Part shown: in pieces, positions 24,301 to 39,300 of the stretch
How the letters are laid out: each line of letters begins with the position of its first letter
Numbering within the stretch: position 1 is the first letter of the stretch
Source of the DNA: Hydrolagus colliei
Taxonomy: Eukaryota
NCBI GenBank assembly: GCA_035084275.1
Contig: CM068743.1
Span: forward strand, 59,148,001 to 59,212,000
DNA length: 64,000 bases
Reading direction: 5' to 3'
Notes under the pieces: generated by a model
Database searches by the model: none
Told to the model about the DNA's origin: nothing
The model's input: only the letters and a program-made list of their open reading frames with translations
Made by a program: the position numbers and the translations under genes

Positions 24301-27300
24301 TATGGTAAAATGTATTGTTACGTTAAAAAAAGTCATAAAACACTGCAAATTCCATTGACATTTGAAGAAGTGGAGATGAGAGTACAATTGGTGATGGTTA
24401 AAATATTTTTTCCAGTTGAATAGAATTGCCCAACAAAAGTGGTTCCAAATTATATTCAGCTTCAATTTTGCAAACTTGACTGTGAGTACACAATCATTTT
24501 GACAGTTTTATATAAAAACCTGTTATTGGTTGCTAGACACATCAAAAATAATATACACTGTGTTAAAATAATGGAGGATAATTTGTTATGCTCACAACAT
24601 TCAATAATGTATATTTTGAATATACCTGAATGAACCAATTGGCTATGGCAATAGTGACAAACTGGGCAATCCAGCTGATGAGTATGCATGGGGAATAGAA
24701 CAACACTAAGATATCATACTCTTTTTGAACAGTATGGAATAGCTCCAGTAAATCTAAACTGACTTCCACCATCAATCTTACTGTTATGACAATAACACAA
24801 CAACAAACATATATGTAGGAAATTATTTTATTCCATTTCCTTCAAATAAAATCACACAAACCTAGTACTATATTATTTAAATGTGTGCAGAGTAACTAGA
24901 AGTTAATGGGTTTAGATTAGTTGACATATGAGGAGAAAAGTATTGTTTCAGTACAGTAATGTTTAATATATCACAGCTTCTTTTTGTTGTACACATATTT
25001 CTTAAAACATTGTGCTTTGGAGGTTAGCATTTAAATAGTGGGAATATGTTAAGTGATAATACTGACTATAATTATCATAACATACCTTGATTTATTGAAT
25101 TTTTGAAACATTTTAAAGCATCACACAGGAAATATTATAAAATTAAGTGCCTATGTGTAATTTGTGGTTGAATACAGCAGCCAATTTGCGCACAGCATTG
25201 TCCCACAAACAGCCATGAACAACAATAACAACAACAAAATTATACTTCATACAATGTACTGTAAAGTGAATTTACTGTGTATTCTGTGGGCGAAACGCAA
25301 CAGTCAATTGGGCACAGCAGTATCCTACAAACAGTTGTGGATTGAAATGACCAAATTAACAAAAAATATTGTTTATTTTTGGAGAGATTATTATTAGGCA
25401 TCTGGAGTAAGGAAATTTGCACAAGGTTTCACCCTGACCTGCCTGACGTCTCACAGTTGTAAGGCGAGTTCTCTGACCACTGAGCTACAGGACTCAATTT
25501 TGAGGACAGTGGCCAGAACTCCATTCTCTTTTCAAATAATGCCATGGGATCTTTAATTTTCACCTGAACAAGCAGATGGGATCTTGGTTTAACTTATCAT
25601 CTGTAGATGACACCTCTAACCATACAGCCTGCACCCACCAATACATTGGAGTGTCCGATTAGATGATGTGATTCCAAGTCCCAATGTAGAGTTTGAATCC
25701 CCACAGGCAACATGAACAGATAAAAGTGCTGTCAAATGAGGCAGGCTGACAAACATGTCCAACATGCTCCTACAACAATAATATACAGGCACCAGTCTGC
25801 AGTAAGGATAAGGTTTGTTACACCAATGGAGATAATGACCAGGAGCAGCCATGTTGGGGGTGGAATCTTATTTAGTATTTACTGTTACCATCAGCGTCAC
25901 TGTGGTGACAACAAAAAGCACCTTTCTTCTAGAATAACATCTCAGAATGATGTGGGTTAGACACTGAGCAGAAGGGGGAAATGTGCCCACAAGTGTGGTC
26001 GATGAGAAAGGGAAGTGGAAGATGACCATAAGTGTGGTCGAAGACATAGGTTTTAAGGTGAGAGTTAAAAGCAGATAGAGAGGGGGTGAGATGGAATATA
26101 ATAGAATACAAATTAACATATACAAAGCACCTTTCACATCGGGAAAATGACTCAAGGCACTGAAGAGCAGAGAATATTTATTTAAAAGGTTCGGGATAGA
26201 ATAGCTCAAGGCTTAGCCATTGGTAGCACAAGGGTGGGAGTGTGCTGCAAAGCCTAAGTTAGCTGATCTAAAGGGGGTGAACAGAGGGGTGGAGCAGGAG
26301 AAGATCGCAGAGGTATGGATGAGCTAGTGCACGAAGGGATGTATAGGTTTACAAGTAATCTTATAGGGACATGGTTATATAACCCATTGATAGTTCAATT
26401 CTGTAATAATCTCTCTTAAGCATTTATTTTCAGTCCATAGCAATTAGGCACAGGGTCTGCATATTGTTGTTTTCATTTTAGTTTCCAGTTGGCTGCAAAT
26501 TGGAATTACGCAGGGATTCTATGGCTATGCGCCCAATGTGATCTTTCATTTCCCGCTACACCGAGGATGATATGTAACTCAAAGAAATGAAAGAAAAGCA
26601 TTGGTGAGCAGCAAGCATACAGGTTATTTGTTCCTCTCATTGGTAAGGACCCATTGATTCCTGCATAGTTGTTGGTTCTCTGTTTCTTTTCATGCCACCA
26701 TACAATGGTCACTACGTACATTTTGCTTTTGCACAACTTTTACAGAATCTGCCTTTAAAATTGCATGAAAGGTGGAATAGCACATTCTACAATAAACACG
26801 CCATGAATTTGCAGGAAACCATATTTATGTACTCCCAAACATGTCAGATGTAATAATCAACATTTTTGAAACATGAAATGAGAGACTGTAAAGTGATCTG
26901 CTGTGTATAAATATACAGGAGTGTGCATGCTATTATGCAACGTGTTCAGCTTATGAAACAATTCAGAGATTTTCATTTCAAAAAACATTACCCTCTGGAA
27001 AGATGAGGTATGCAATAATAAAAACGATCAGGCGTATCACTTCAAGGCGATGTCACTTAGGAAATGTAATGTATACATTTTTGAGAAATGGTACCTTTGA
27101 GATTTTACATGTACATTTAGCAATATTAAAGTTGAGAACTGCACATTGCAGTCACACTGGAATCTGTTTGGTTGATGATAGTTGCAAAAGCCTATACTCC
27201 AGAGGATGGACATTGTTGATTTTTTTTCGATTTTTTTTCATGGTGCCTTTCATTTTTAATGTTCATTGATTGCCATCATGTGGAGTACTGTAGCTCAGTG

Positions 27301-30300
27301 ATTAGAGCACTTGCCTTGAAAGCAAGAGACCTGGGTTTGATTCCTGGCAGGGCAAAACGTTGGGCAAGTTTTCTTACTCCATCCACCTGTTTACCTAGCT
27401 GTAAGTAGGATCCCAATGCTGATAATAAATATTGTATAAATATTAAATAAAATAAACGCTGATTGGTCACTTCAATCCACAACTTTTCATTTGACAGTAT
27501 ATTCTGTAAAGCACTTTGAGATATCTCAAAGACGTAATGAGGCACTATATTAAATACAATGATTATTAATAATAAATAATATTACTCCTTGCATTTGATA
27601 AAGCACTTTTCACATCTTCTGGATGTCTCAAAGTGCTTTAGAAAATATACTGACTGTAAAGTGAATTGACTACATATTTTGCAGTCATTTTCAGTGTTGT
27701 TCCAGATCTGTGCACTTTATCAAACAGAGCAATTCAGACACTTTGGAGCTTGATACCACTTGAAAAGGCCTTAGTTCTATTCTACTGCCTCTCTCACCCT
27801 CATCCACCTAACTGGGACTGCACTCACCTGGTTCCATTTCAAACACTTAGGGTTAGGGTTAATATAAGCTTCTGTCCTCTCACGGATAGTAGCACAATGA
27901 TTCCTGAACAGTTATAATAATAATCCTTGCATTTGATGCAGCATTTTTCACATCTTCCAGACATCTCAAAGAGCTTTACAAAATGTACTGTAAAATGAAT
28001 TGACTGTATAATTTTGGGGCGAAAAACAGCAGCCAATTGCACACAGCAATGTCCTACAAACAGTCGTGGATTAAAGTGACCAATTTATTATTGTTGTTTT
28101 TTGAAGGATTATTATGAGATGTGTGGAGTAAGGAAACTTCCCCAAGTTTCTGCCCTGATGGGAATCAAACCCAGGTCTCTTGCTTGCAAAGCAAGTGCTC
28201 TAACTACACTGCGCTACAGGACTCCTTTTTAGCTCTCTGTTTTTTCTCATGCCCAATCTAACCAACTGCCATCATTTCATGTCTGCAAAAAATGTTTTAC
28301 TCCCAACCCATACAGTCACCTGGACTACCTTAAGATTCCATTCTTGCCCCCTTCTTTTCCTCATTTACATACTCCCTCTCGGTGATGTCATCCCCAAATA
28401 AATGGTAAACTTCCACATGTATGCAAATGACACCCAAATCTACTTCAAAAAAACTCAAAATGTCCATCGTCCCATCGAACTGTGACTCCAGATCCACTGA
28501 TGTTCTGTCAGCTTGTTTGTCACACATCAAGTCTTGGATGAATACAAATTTCCTGCAGCTGAACATTGGTATGAGCTCAAACTTCCTGCAGCTGAATATG
28601 GACAATACTCCTTGATTCCTGTCATGGACTTCTCAACTCAGCTCTGACTGCCTCACCTCCTGGCCTTTCCCTAAGATTTGCCAAACCTGTAAAGAACCTG
28701 AGCATCAGGCTCACTCCCCAGATTTTTCCCACCCCACATCCGGTCCTTAATTAAGACTGCTTTCCTCCACCTCCATCACACTGCTCGCAACCATCTGCTC
28801 TTTTGTCACCTTTTGATGACTATTCCATCCAGAACCCCATCGCCATATACAGTACTCACCAGCTCTCAATTCCATATCACCAACATTCCTCACCGGACTC
28901 TACTATTACAGAATAGATTGACACTCCTCTATAAATCCCTTCACACCTTGGCACCTCCCTACCTTTATAACCTGCTTACTCTTCACTCCTCACTCCACCA
29001 CCCGACCATTCCCCTAGGCTGCTGCTTGTCCCTCAACCGCTCTGCTCCACCATTGGACCAACAATTTCAGCCACTATGCCCTGAAACTTTGGAACTCTCT
29101 CCCTCAATCACTCTGCCTTGCCCATCCTTTCCCCTTTTCAGACCATGCCTGAATACCTTGCTTTTTGACAATGCTTATGGATACCTCCTTCCTCCCCATG
29201 GCCCTACCACAACCTCTGCCTATGTTAAACTATCCAATACACTGTTGTTGGTGGTGTTGCTGTTGAGGTTGTATTTTGACTGCTTGTAAAAATTATTTAA
29301 AACTTTCATTTAAAGGGCTGAAAAATTAGGAGCAACTTAAGCTTTATTTTATTTTTACACAAGCTCACAATTTCCCATTCCCTTTACATATCACATCAAG
29401 GAAACAAACATTTGGGCAATGGGCTAGGTTCAGCCCAAAGAAATTTCTGTTTTTATATCCCCGCCCTCCCCCTCACCTCCTCACTCCACTCTGTCTCTCT
29501 ATTTCTCTCTCTTTTTTGAAATGTTTTATTTCCAAAATATGTAAATTACTTCTTGAAGAAAGGAATTACTGTTAGTTTCTGTGTGGTCATGCATATGGAT
29601 AAGATGTTTCCTGTCATTTAATGTAATTACAAGATTCACGTGTCACCCCGAAGGCATGTCAAGAAAGCATCTACCTCCAAAGCTCTTTGTCTGTGAAAGA
29701 CAAATTAAATGCTGCCAGTTACCTACTCCTTCAGTTACTTTACTTACAGATTTTTTTGTTATCAATTCCTCACAGATTGACAACTTTTATGAACATAGCA
29801 AATTGAGAACAGTCTTGTGTGTTATACCCCAAACTGAAAATCTCAACTGATTCTTGAGCTGCAGAAAGGGAAGCCTTTTCCTTCCCTAATATAATATAAC
29901 ATAAGCAGCATTGCACACGTCTTACAGCAAACCAGTTAGTATTGAAAGGTCAGTTTCCCCACATAGAGCAAATCAGATTTTCCTTCATGAAAGATGTGTG
30001 TGTACATAAAAAGAAGTTTGTGACAGACTCCTGAGTTACTGAAAGATGATGTGTTCAGTCCATAAAACAAGGAATCCATGGTTAAAGCAACATTAAGTGT
30101 TGAATCTTTAAAAGAGCCTTGTCATAATGCTAGCAATATTTAAAGAAAGCTTACCTTGGGCAAGTTTCCTTACTTCACACGCCTAATAATAATCTCTCAA
30201 AAAACAATAATAAATTGGTCAATTCAATCCACTGTTTGTGGAACATTTCTGTGCGCAATTGGCTGCCACCTTCGCCCTCAAATATATGGTCAATTACTTT

Positions 30301-33300
30301 ACAATACAGGTATCCCTCCCCAACCATGGGGATACATTCCTGTAAACTTCGCGGTTGGAAAAATTGTGGTTGGAAAATGCAGGGTCCTATGGGAAACACA
30401 GAGATAGGGGAGTACGTTTGCTTTTTCACGGTTGGGAAATGCAGGGCCCTATGCGAAACAAGGGGATAGGGGGAGTAAGTTCGCGTTTAAATACAAAAAA
30501 ACATATACAGTTATAACATACATGGGGATAGGGGAAGTAAGTTTGGGCGCATTGGCTGCCAGGATCTGCAGCAATCCACGAGGCTGTCTGACTGACTTAC
30601 ACAGAGAGAGAGAGAGAGAGAGAACGGAGGGTGGGGGGGTGGGGTTGACACAAAGGGCAGGGTGTTTCTGACTGACTGACTGACTGATACAGACAGACAC
30701 AGAGAGAGAGTGGGAGGTGGCAGTGGGGGGAAGAGAAGGTGAACTAGAGAAGGTGAGAGAGAAGGGGGCTGGGGGAGTGGGGTGTAGGAGGGGGAAGAGA
30801 AGGTGAGTCAGAGAGAGAAGGTGAGAGAGAGATCTGATGATCCTGGCAGCCAATGCTTCCAAACTTAATAGCTAGGCTGCGAAGAAGCAACAAAAAATTA
30901 ATGTTACTGTATTTACCTTAATCCTAAGAGAGAAGCGAGAACTGGGTCCTAGTGCTAAATGCTAGTTGTAGGCATCACAATTATTTGCAGCAATGCTCCT
31001 CAAGCAGCCGTTGAACATATTACAAAATTTTGGGTGGGGTGCGGGTGGTGAGTTGGTTATGGGAGGGGAATTAATGGCCAAGATACCAGGAGAAACTCCC
31101 TTTTTTCAAATAGTACCATGAGGTCTTCAACATTTACCTCAACAGGCAGATGAAACCATACATTAACTTCTCAAGGCACCTCAAGCAATGCAACTGCCCC
31201 ACACACACTCCTGAAATTTCAGTGTAGACTATGTGAGTTCAAGTGGGACATGAACCTTTCTAACTCAGTAATCAATATGAAGGTGAAATAACTGCTGAGC
31301 ATTGAGGAATGATAAGCAGATAGTACTCAGTTGCTTGTCTCAATTTGGAGGCAACATCCATCCGTTTCCATGATATTGTATGATATATTGGCCCAATGCT
31401 CTTACCATCCAGCAGCCAAGCGCTAGAATCATCAGTAAGTGCCTCATGTATTGTGATATTGACTGAGGTTTCATATTCATATTTATCTAGCTAAGAATAT
31501 GTCAGCTGTTGACATTTGCTTTAAGGAATGCAGAAAGCACACCGCCAGGCATTCATCTTCATGCATTTGATAGTCTGAACCAGATATTTTGCTCTGATGA
31601 CTCGTTTTAGAATGAATAAGGGGCCCTCATCCACTCGTGTAAATGATATGTTTTGTAGGATGCAATCTCCTTGAATAGATTGCAAATTGTGTTGAATTAT
31701 CTAGTTTAAAGATCTCTACTTTTTATTGGATTGGGATCTAACATTCTGGCTACTTTGTTAGTGGGATTCAGGGCGGGAATACAGCTCTAAGGAAAAAAAA
31801 ACCTTCTGGCACGTTTGCAGTGAACAGTGAGGCTGTTCCCTAAACCTATGCAGCACAGCTACCTGGAGCCTGTTAATTCATTAAAGTGCAAATGTTGCCT
31901 GGGGTTTTCTTCTTGGAATAGGGTGACCAAAACCTAGGCAGAGGAATCAGGGATTAAGGATTGGCCTTTTAAGATAAGCATTAAGTGTGTAAATATGTCA
32001 GGGATTTAAACAGTGTGGTACAGTCATTTCTTCAGAGAATTGCTGCCTTTTTGCTCTGTGATATGGAAAGATGTCATGGAGTGCAAGAATAGACCACCCT
32101 TAATAAGGGAACTTGGCATTGGTTTTACTAATTACTTTACCATCATTTTTCTCTAATTTTTGGCAGTGTTTATTCAGTTAGGTGCCATACAGGAAACCGT
32201 GCATTACATTTGTCACATTAGCTGGCATTGGCAGTCTTGCAAATAAATTCCATTTGGTGAACAGTATATAAACATCATGAACAAATGAAAAATACCCTTT
32301 TTTGTATGAAATTGAGAAACTGATTCAAAATGTGAAATAAAAACTTTACAAATAAGGAAAATGAAATGTTTATTATGAGATTTAGAAACCCCCACCCCAC
32401 CACAAAGAAAATGTAGCCTAAAAAGTGAAAAGTGAGTTGTTTTGAGCAATTCTGCAATTTTACAATTTTACTTGCATTGAGCCCTACAAACAACTATGGC
32501 AGGAATATCCAGTTTAATACCCATTTGAGTAAACAAACTGACCTTAGTGCTCTATTAATGTAATTTTGTTATTGTTGTTTAATGTCTCTTGTAAAGAGGC
32601 ACCTCTGACAATACAACACTTCACAATACTACCCTCGAATATAAGCCTGCACTAGAGCTCAAATCCCATGAAATCTCCTCATGCCATTCTATTTTACTGA
32701 ATAAATTTGTCACCCAGCATTCTACTTATTGTGCTAAAATACCAGAGGTGAAATAACACAGCCATATTGAGTCATCTGTAAGATGTATTGCTTCTTGTAT
32801 CAATCTCTGTAATGTTTTCCACACAGGCAGTTATTCAGGATTATGCCCTTTATTGCTACACTCCATTTATCACCCCTGGCATGACTGTATAATATTGTTG
32901 TGATATACCACAGGCTATTACATTAACAGTTGTTTGATTTGCATACAGAGATAACATGGTAATGTGATGGTTGTGTAGTAATCTGAGTGTTGATTGACAA
33001 GTGCCTTGTACAACCGCCAGTGCTGACTGAAACTGAGTTGTTTTTAAACAAGTCAAAACTTATCGAATGAAAAGTTGGTCTAGGTCTATGCGTTTTTGTA
33101 AGCACTGGGGCTCTCCGACACAGTCCCATTCAGCAGTCCCACAAAGACTACTTTTAGGAATTAACATGGGAGGTCTCAGTGACAGTGGAATCATACAAAT
33201 TATCTCCCAGCCACACAGAAGTAATGACTACATAACTGACGGACAATATTTTAAAAATATTTTTAGTTGGAACATTGGAAATTGTTCTATGTTTCTCCAA

Positions 33301-36300
33301 TACCAATTTGTGATTCATCAGAACTTAGAAGCTGTATGACATTAACATATATACATTTAGAAAGAATATTCAGCACTCCAGCTGTTAGTTGTAGAGGGAT
33401 GCAATCAAAATCACTGGAGAATGTGCAATTCTTGTGTAATTCACAAGCAGAGATATCATATTTTCCTGTGTGTTTCTTCACAATTCCTTACATTCTGAGA
33501 GCACATCACAAGTAATCAATCCACATTCAATATCAAAAGAATGCACCATGATTTATTGTGTTTCCATTAGTAAACCAACAACAACTTATATTTATACGCG
33601 CCCTTCATTTGGAGTAGTACATAAGTGAAATAACTGCTGCTTCCCCCAAATATTCAGTTCGTAAAATCACTGCTTAAAGCTAAACTGGTTGCTCCATATT
33701 CAACGCTCAGTCTTTGTTGAGATGGTAAAGCTGGTCTTCAGCATCTTGAGACTTCCTTCTGATGTGAAAGGTGCTATACAAATGTAATTTGTTATTGTTG
33801 CTGTTCTCAACCAGGATGCCACTTAGAGATTTGAAATGGGCCTCAACTCCGCTTGTACTCTGGAATGAGAAAAATCAGTCAGCCGTTCTGATACTGAGAG
33901 TCATCCAGTGATCTCTGTTTGAAAATCCGTATATATGCATGCGGAAGTAGGTGTGTGAATATTTGTGTGTGCAGTGTTATGTGTACATTAAATGAGAACA
34001 GGAGTAGGTTTGGCTGTGACACCGCATCAATCACTGTGTTTCCATGTTATCTCTACCTGCAAATGTGCTGCTAAAAATCACCGTCATATACCCACACATG
34101 AAGAATGTTCACTTACATGAGGAAGCAGTGCGCAAGGTAGCAAGGTAGCATGTGCATCTTCAGGAAACGAAGAGACAACATTCGAGTGGGCAAAACGTTC
34201 ATTAATTAGGAAAAATGCTTGATGCTTAGCAATGAATTATTATCTGGAATTGAAACCTACTGAGAAAATATCACTTCAAATTCTTATTTTTATGTGATTT
34301 ATGAATGCACACCTTAGTTAGATTACTGCCCAAAACAAAAATATTGTTTCAGGTACATTAGTTTACATGAAAATATGCTTGCCATTTACAAACTTTCAGA
34401 CCAGCAGATTAATCGTAGAACACTGATCAAAATTCCATCCATATTTCAGTTTCACCAATCCAGTGTTCCCCATATTGGGACATAGACCAGGGTCAGGTAG
34501 AGCTGAACTGCTTGGAGATGGATGTGGTGGACAGATCAAAGGTTTATTATAACAGTGAGGGGTCTCACCAGGTACCTATGGCTTTGAGAGACTAACAATA
34601 CTAAGATGCCAGAGATATGCACAGCCCAAGTTTCTGGTTTGACTATCTGCACCCTCTCATCCAACTTGCTTTCATTCACAATTCCCACCTATATCAGATA
34701 CACAAAAGCCTCTGGGCTCACAGGATCTAAAGTGCCACGCTCAATAGTGTGCTCCATAATATCACTTTGTCATGTGGCTGGGCCTCAGGTTTGCTTTGTT
34801 CTCCCAGCCATGCACTTTGAGATCGCAGGGCCTACTTGCTTTGGTCCAGAGAAGAGATGCCGAAGCTGGTCACTTTACAGCTTTATCCAACTCATGCTCT
34901 GCATTAACTCCTCTCAGGTACAATAGAAGGCCCCTTTGGAGTGATTTCATTAACCATCCTTCACACTGGCAATCCAACCATCTGTTACAGTATAATAGTA
35001 ATAGGATATGATTCATCTGAAACTATCATTGCAGTGAAAACTGTAATCTTTGAGTAATGTGGCACAAATGGCAGTGCAAATTGTTACCCTTTCACCTACA
35101 AAACACCTATGCATCTGTCCAGTGCACTAGTGAAAGAAAAACGTTTTTTTTATACAAAAAATGTTATTTAAAAGAAAATAAACTTGTACTATTATGAAGA
35201 ATAACAGACATCTGGTAGTGAGTTTAAGGCAGTAATTCAATCTCAGCCTCTTCTGAGATTCGTAAAGTACTCGAGTCTTGCTCTTGTGGTTTAAGCCACT
35301 AGCTGTGAATTACTGACTTGTAACACTGCTAGCCATCTATTATACAATGTTTAACTAACAAACAGTGTATATTAATCACAGCGCAGAGAAGGTTTAGAGT
35401 GTTCCGCTTTTTTAAATTATTTTGTTGCAAGCCGTCAAATTGATTTATTATCCATTGGCTGGTTGAACACCCTACAGAGTAATTTTCCGGCAAAGAAAAT
35501 AATAACTGATAATTCCAACATTCGTCTATGTTCACTTTGGCCTTTTGATTTCAGCTTGTTCCAGTTCTCTCCAGCGAAGGTGCACGTTGTGTTTGGGTGG
35601 CTTTGACACTTAGTGATCTGATTTAATGTTTATCACAGTGACTCTTGACGAGTGCTGGTGGCACACAATGTCATGTGATTGCAACGTAGTGCCACTGCAA
35701 ATCCCAACTACTGCACAATAAAAGATAGAATCCTGCAGTCATGCTGGAAGACTCAAGTGAGGTTGCAGGAACTGAAAAATCTGGGATTGAACTATGCTAG
35801 TTTTCAAGAGTGTTGAAACATTGTAATTTATAACATGTGGTATGTGATAATTACCATGGCACATCACATTTTCACCTCATAGTACCTCTTGTCTCTCAGG
35901 CTAAAGTTTGTGGGTTGAACAAAATTACACTTGTTTAGCGCCTTTCATGTCGGGAGGACGTCTCAAAGTCCTGGACAGTCAATGCTTCAGACCCGAGCTG
36001 GGGTCAGGATCAGGGAGCGTGGAGGGAAAGGAGGGGATTTGGGGTGACCGATGGGACCATTTAAGAGGAGGGTCTTGACGCGGGACTTGAATGTGGCCAG
36101 AGAGGGGGCGAGGCAGAGAGACTGCAGACTGGAATTCCAGAGGTTAGGGGCAGAATGGCTGAAGGCTCGACCACCAATGCTGTATTGAGGGGGTGGACAG
36201 GTTGGTAGGCCATTAGGAAGTCACAGAGGTAGGGTAGGGCGAGTCCATGGAGGGCTTTGAGGGTGAGGACCAGGATCTTGAATTGAATCCCCTGGGTGAT

Positions 36301-39300
36301 AGGGAGCCAATAGATTTGGGTGAGAATGGGGAAAATGGAGCTTGGAGTAGCAGAGGACACGGGCAGCAGAATTATTATAATAATCCTTGAATTTGATATA
36401 GCGCTTTTCACGTCTTCAAGATGTCTCAAAGCACTTCACAGAATGTACTGAATTCTTGATTATCTGCAGCCTATGGAGGGAGCAGTTGTGAAGGCTGATA
36501 AGCAGGGCCCGTGTTGGGACTTGGAACCTATGTTGTCCATGATGATACTCCAATCCAGAGCTGGGAATGTGCGTCCTCATTGTCAGAGGTTCTGTTATTT
36601 GGATAACGTATTAAACTGAGGTGCCATCTGCCTATCAAGGTGAATGTCAAAGATCCTATGACACGACTTGAAAAGAGAATGGAATTTCTCCCAGTATCTT
36701 GTTTAACAATACCCCAAAATAAAATTGGTCACTCACTGTGAGACATTGCCTATGTGCAAATTGGCTGCTGAGTTCACATACAAAACACACACAGTCACAC
36801 CACATCACAACAAATCTTGTGAAGTGCTTTGTGACATTGTGACATGATACAATGCTAAAATCAAATGTAAAGATTATGATCATTATTATTATTTGCATTT
36901 CCGGGAGAGGAACCTGTGATCAGTGGGATAGGACTGCAGCAATGTTTCTGACTGTATTTTCTCATGACAAAGAAGCAAAAAATAGGCACACTTCCAGCTC
37001 AGGCAACCAGTCCAGCCACTTCCCTCTGGTGGTGACCGAGAAAAATGGCAACCATAGTGCCTTCACCAGTATCACCATTGAGTTACCCTCCTCCAAGTGT
37101 CTTTTCTCTGACACAGGACAGCTTTCCCACAGACTTTCATTCTTGGAAGGAACTTTAACAGGAAATCATATTAAAAAAATGTTAAGATAGAAATATTGCT
37201 ATGATCGTCAAAATCACACATATAATGTATGTTTGAGTATGCTTTCAGCTACTATGGGTCTTCAGTTACTTCTGGAACTTATTTCCCTCGAGTCCTTCGT
37301 CTCGTCCCCTCTCTTTATCTTTTTGTATTCAAATCCTACCTGAAAAATTATCTTTTTGACCACATGGCCACTTCCGGCCACTTTGACCATACCCTGCTCT
37401 GTGTCCAAACTCACCATTGTAACAACAACATTTGTGAAGCACTCCGAGACATTATCATCCGTGAAGGATTCTATATAAATGTAAATTGTTGCAATTGTTG
37501 CATTCCCCAGGATTTGAAGACAAATTGAATAGCTTCCAAAGGCTGACATTACTAAGAGTGGTAACTAGAGTACATTATGTATTTCTCCTATTTTGTGTGT
37601 GTCAATGTAATTACTTTTAGTACACATTGATCTCACTGCATTTTTTAGACCAGAGGGAAGGGAAGAAAAGGATGAGGAAAAGGTCAAATCTGATACTGTG
37701 TTTATGGATACACTAAAATAATCACACAATACTAGATAAGAATGTTTGTTGTCAGAATGGATCATCAACTATTCAGGGAAATGTCAGCCACACTGTTGCC
37801 TTAGATTAATTTTCTTTTTAAGTTTAATTAGATAAGGAGTGAAAGGGAGGGGCAAACCCCAGTGTTCAAAGAGTATCAAGTGGATCAAACCTGGTTTATC
37901 TCAATACCCGATTGGTCTGCTTGACAGATGATGCAAAGTTACTGTCCCATGCTGATGAATGAGGCAACATTTCGGGTGACTGGATGGCAAACTTGGCCTC
38001 CCCCACCAGAAGGAGGGCATAAATAACCAAGCCGAAGCCCTCATTGATCTATTTGAGCATCTCCACAAATACCTTTGTATTGATTAAGTTGCCATTAATT
38101 TCCCGACTGGGTCCTGCAGTTCATTCTCTTTGATTGGCCTTCTTGATCTTCGCATCAGACATTTAACTTTTGGATTAAAGCTGTCAAAGTCAGGGAAATC
38201 AATGAAGCTCATCTACTTGAAATATTCAGGGCAAAATCAAGAGGGAACAGCTTTCTTGAAAGATGAAGCAAATCAACGAATCAACATAAGATTACAAGTG
38301 CATGTGCACAGTGTAGGTTTGCTCAAATAATAAATCATCTTGACATGCTTTGTTTCTTCGCAAATAAATCACAAACCATGGTCTCTAACGAACACATTTA
38401 TAACATTCTACAATGTGTAAGCTTAATGTTGTGTATTCTACAGTCTTCATACAAACATGAAATATTCTACAGTTTCAGATTCAGTGACTAAACCCCCACC
38501 CATGAATTACATGTGAGGAATGTTCCTTCCGTCTCTGGCATTGTGGTTGCATCTACGATTGTGTGTCAGGCTGGCTAGCAGTTGTGGGATCAAGGCCCCA
38601 TGTCGGGACATGGAATCATATAGTGTAAGCTGACACTCCAGTGAATTGCTGGGGGTGTTTTGCATGTACCATTCCCTTTCAGATGAGTCATTATACAGAC
38701 GTATCATCTGTCTGTTCAGGTGGATGTTTTCCCACTTCTACCTCCACAGAAGTGGAGTCCTGTATTAGTTGGAGCATTTGAGGATTTGGGTTTGATTTGC
38801 AAGAAGGGCGAAACCTTAGGCAAGTTTCTTTAATCCACATGCCTCTGTTCACCTAGCTGTAAATAGAAGTCAGATTGTTAGTCAATTTGCAGATTGTTTT
38901 TCTGGGAGTAATAATCGCTTCATAAATAAATTTAAATTAAAAAGAAAAATAATTTGGTCACTCAATCCATCACTGTTTGTGGGACACTGCTATGTGAATA
39001 GGCAGCCGTGTTTTGCCCCAAAAATTTACACTTCATTCATTTTACAGTATAGTCTGTGAAGCAGTTTGAGACATCTCAAACACATCATAAGCCACTTTAT
39101 CAAATACTGTACAAGGATGTTTACTATACTAGGGATCCCATGCACTATTTGAAAAGTGAAGGGAGTTTTGTTTCCCTCATTCATGGCTGTCTCAAATGCA
39201 ATGATTATCATTATTATTATTATTATGCAACAATGCAACAACAACAAAATTACATTTGTAGAGGGCCTTTCATATTAGGAAATATCCAATATGTTTCAGT

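Noticed and set aside
23900-24790. Minus-strand hydrophobic ORF pieces suggesting a membrane-protein pseudogene
   Set aside because: Hydrophobicity is explained by T-rich composition, and no family motif was recognised.
30449-30862. 137-aa minus-strand ORF
   Set aside because: Low-complexity CT-rich sequence inside a transposon-like insertion.
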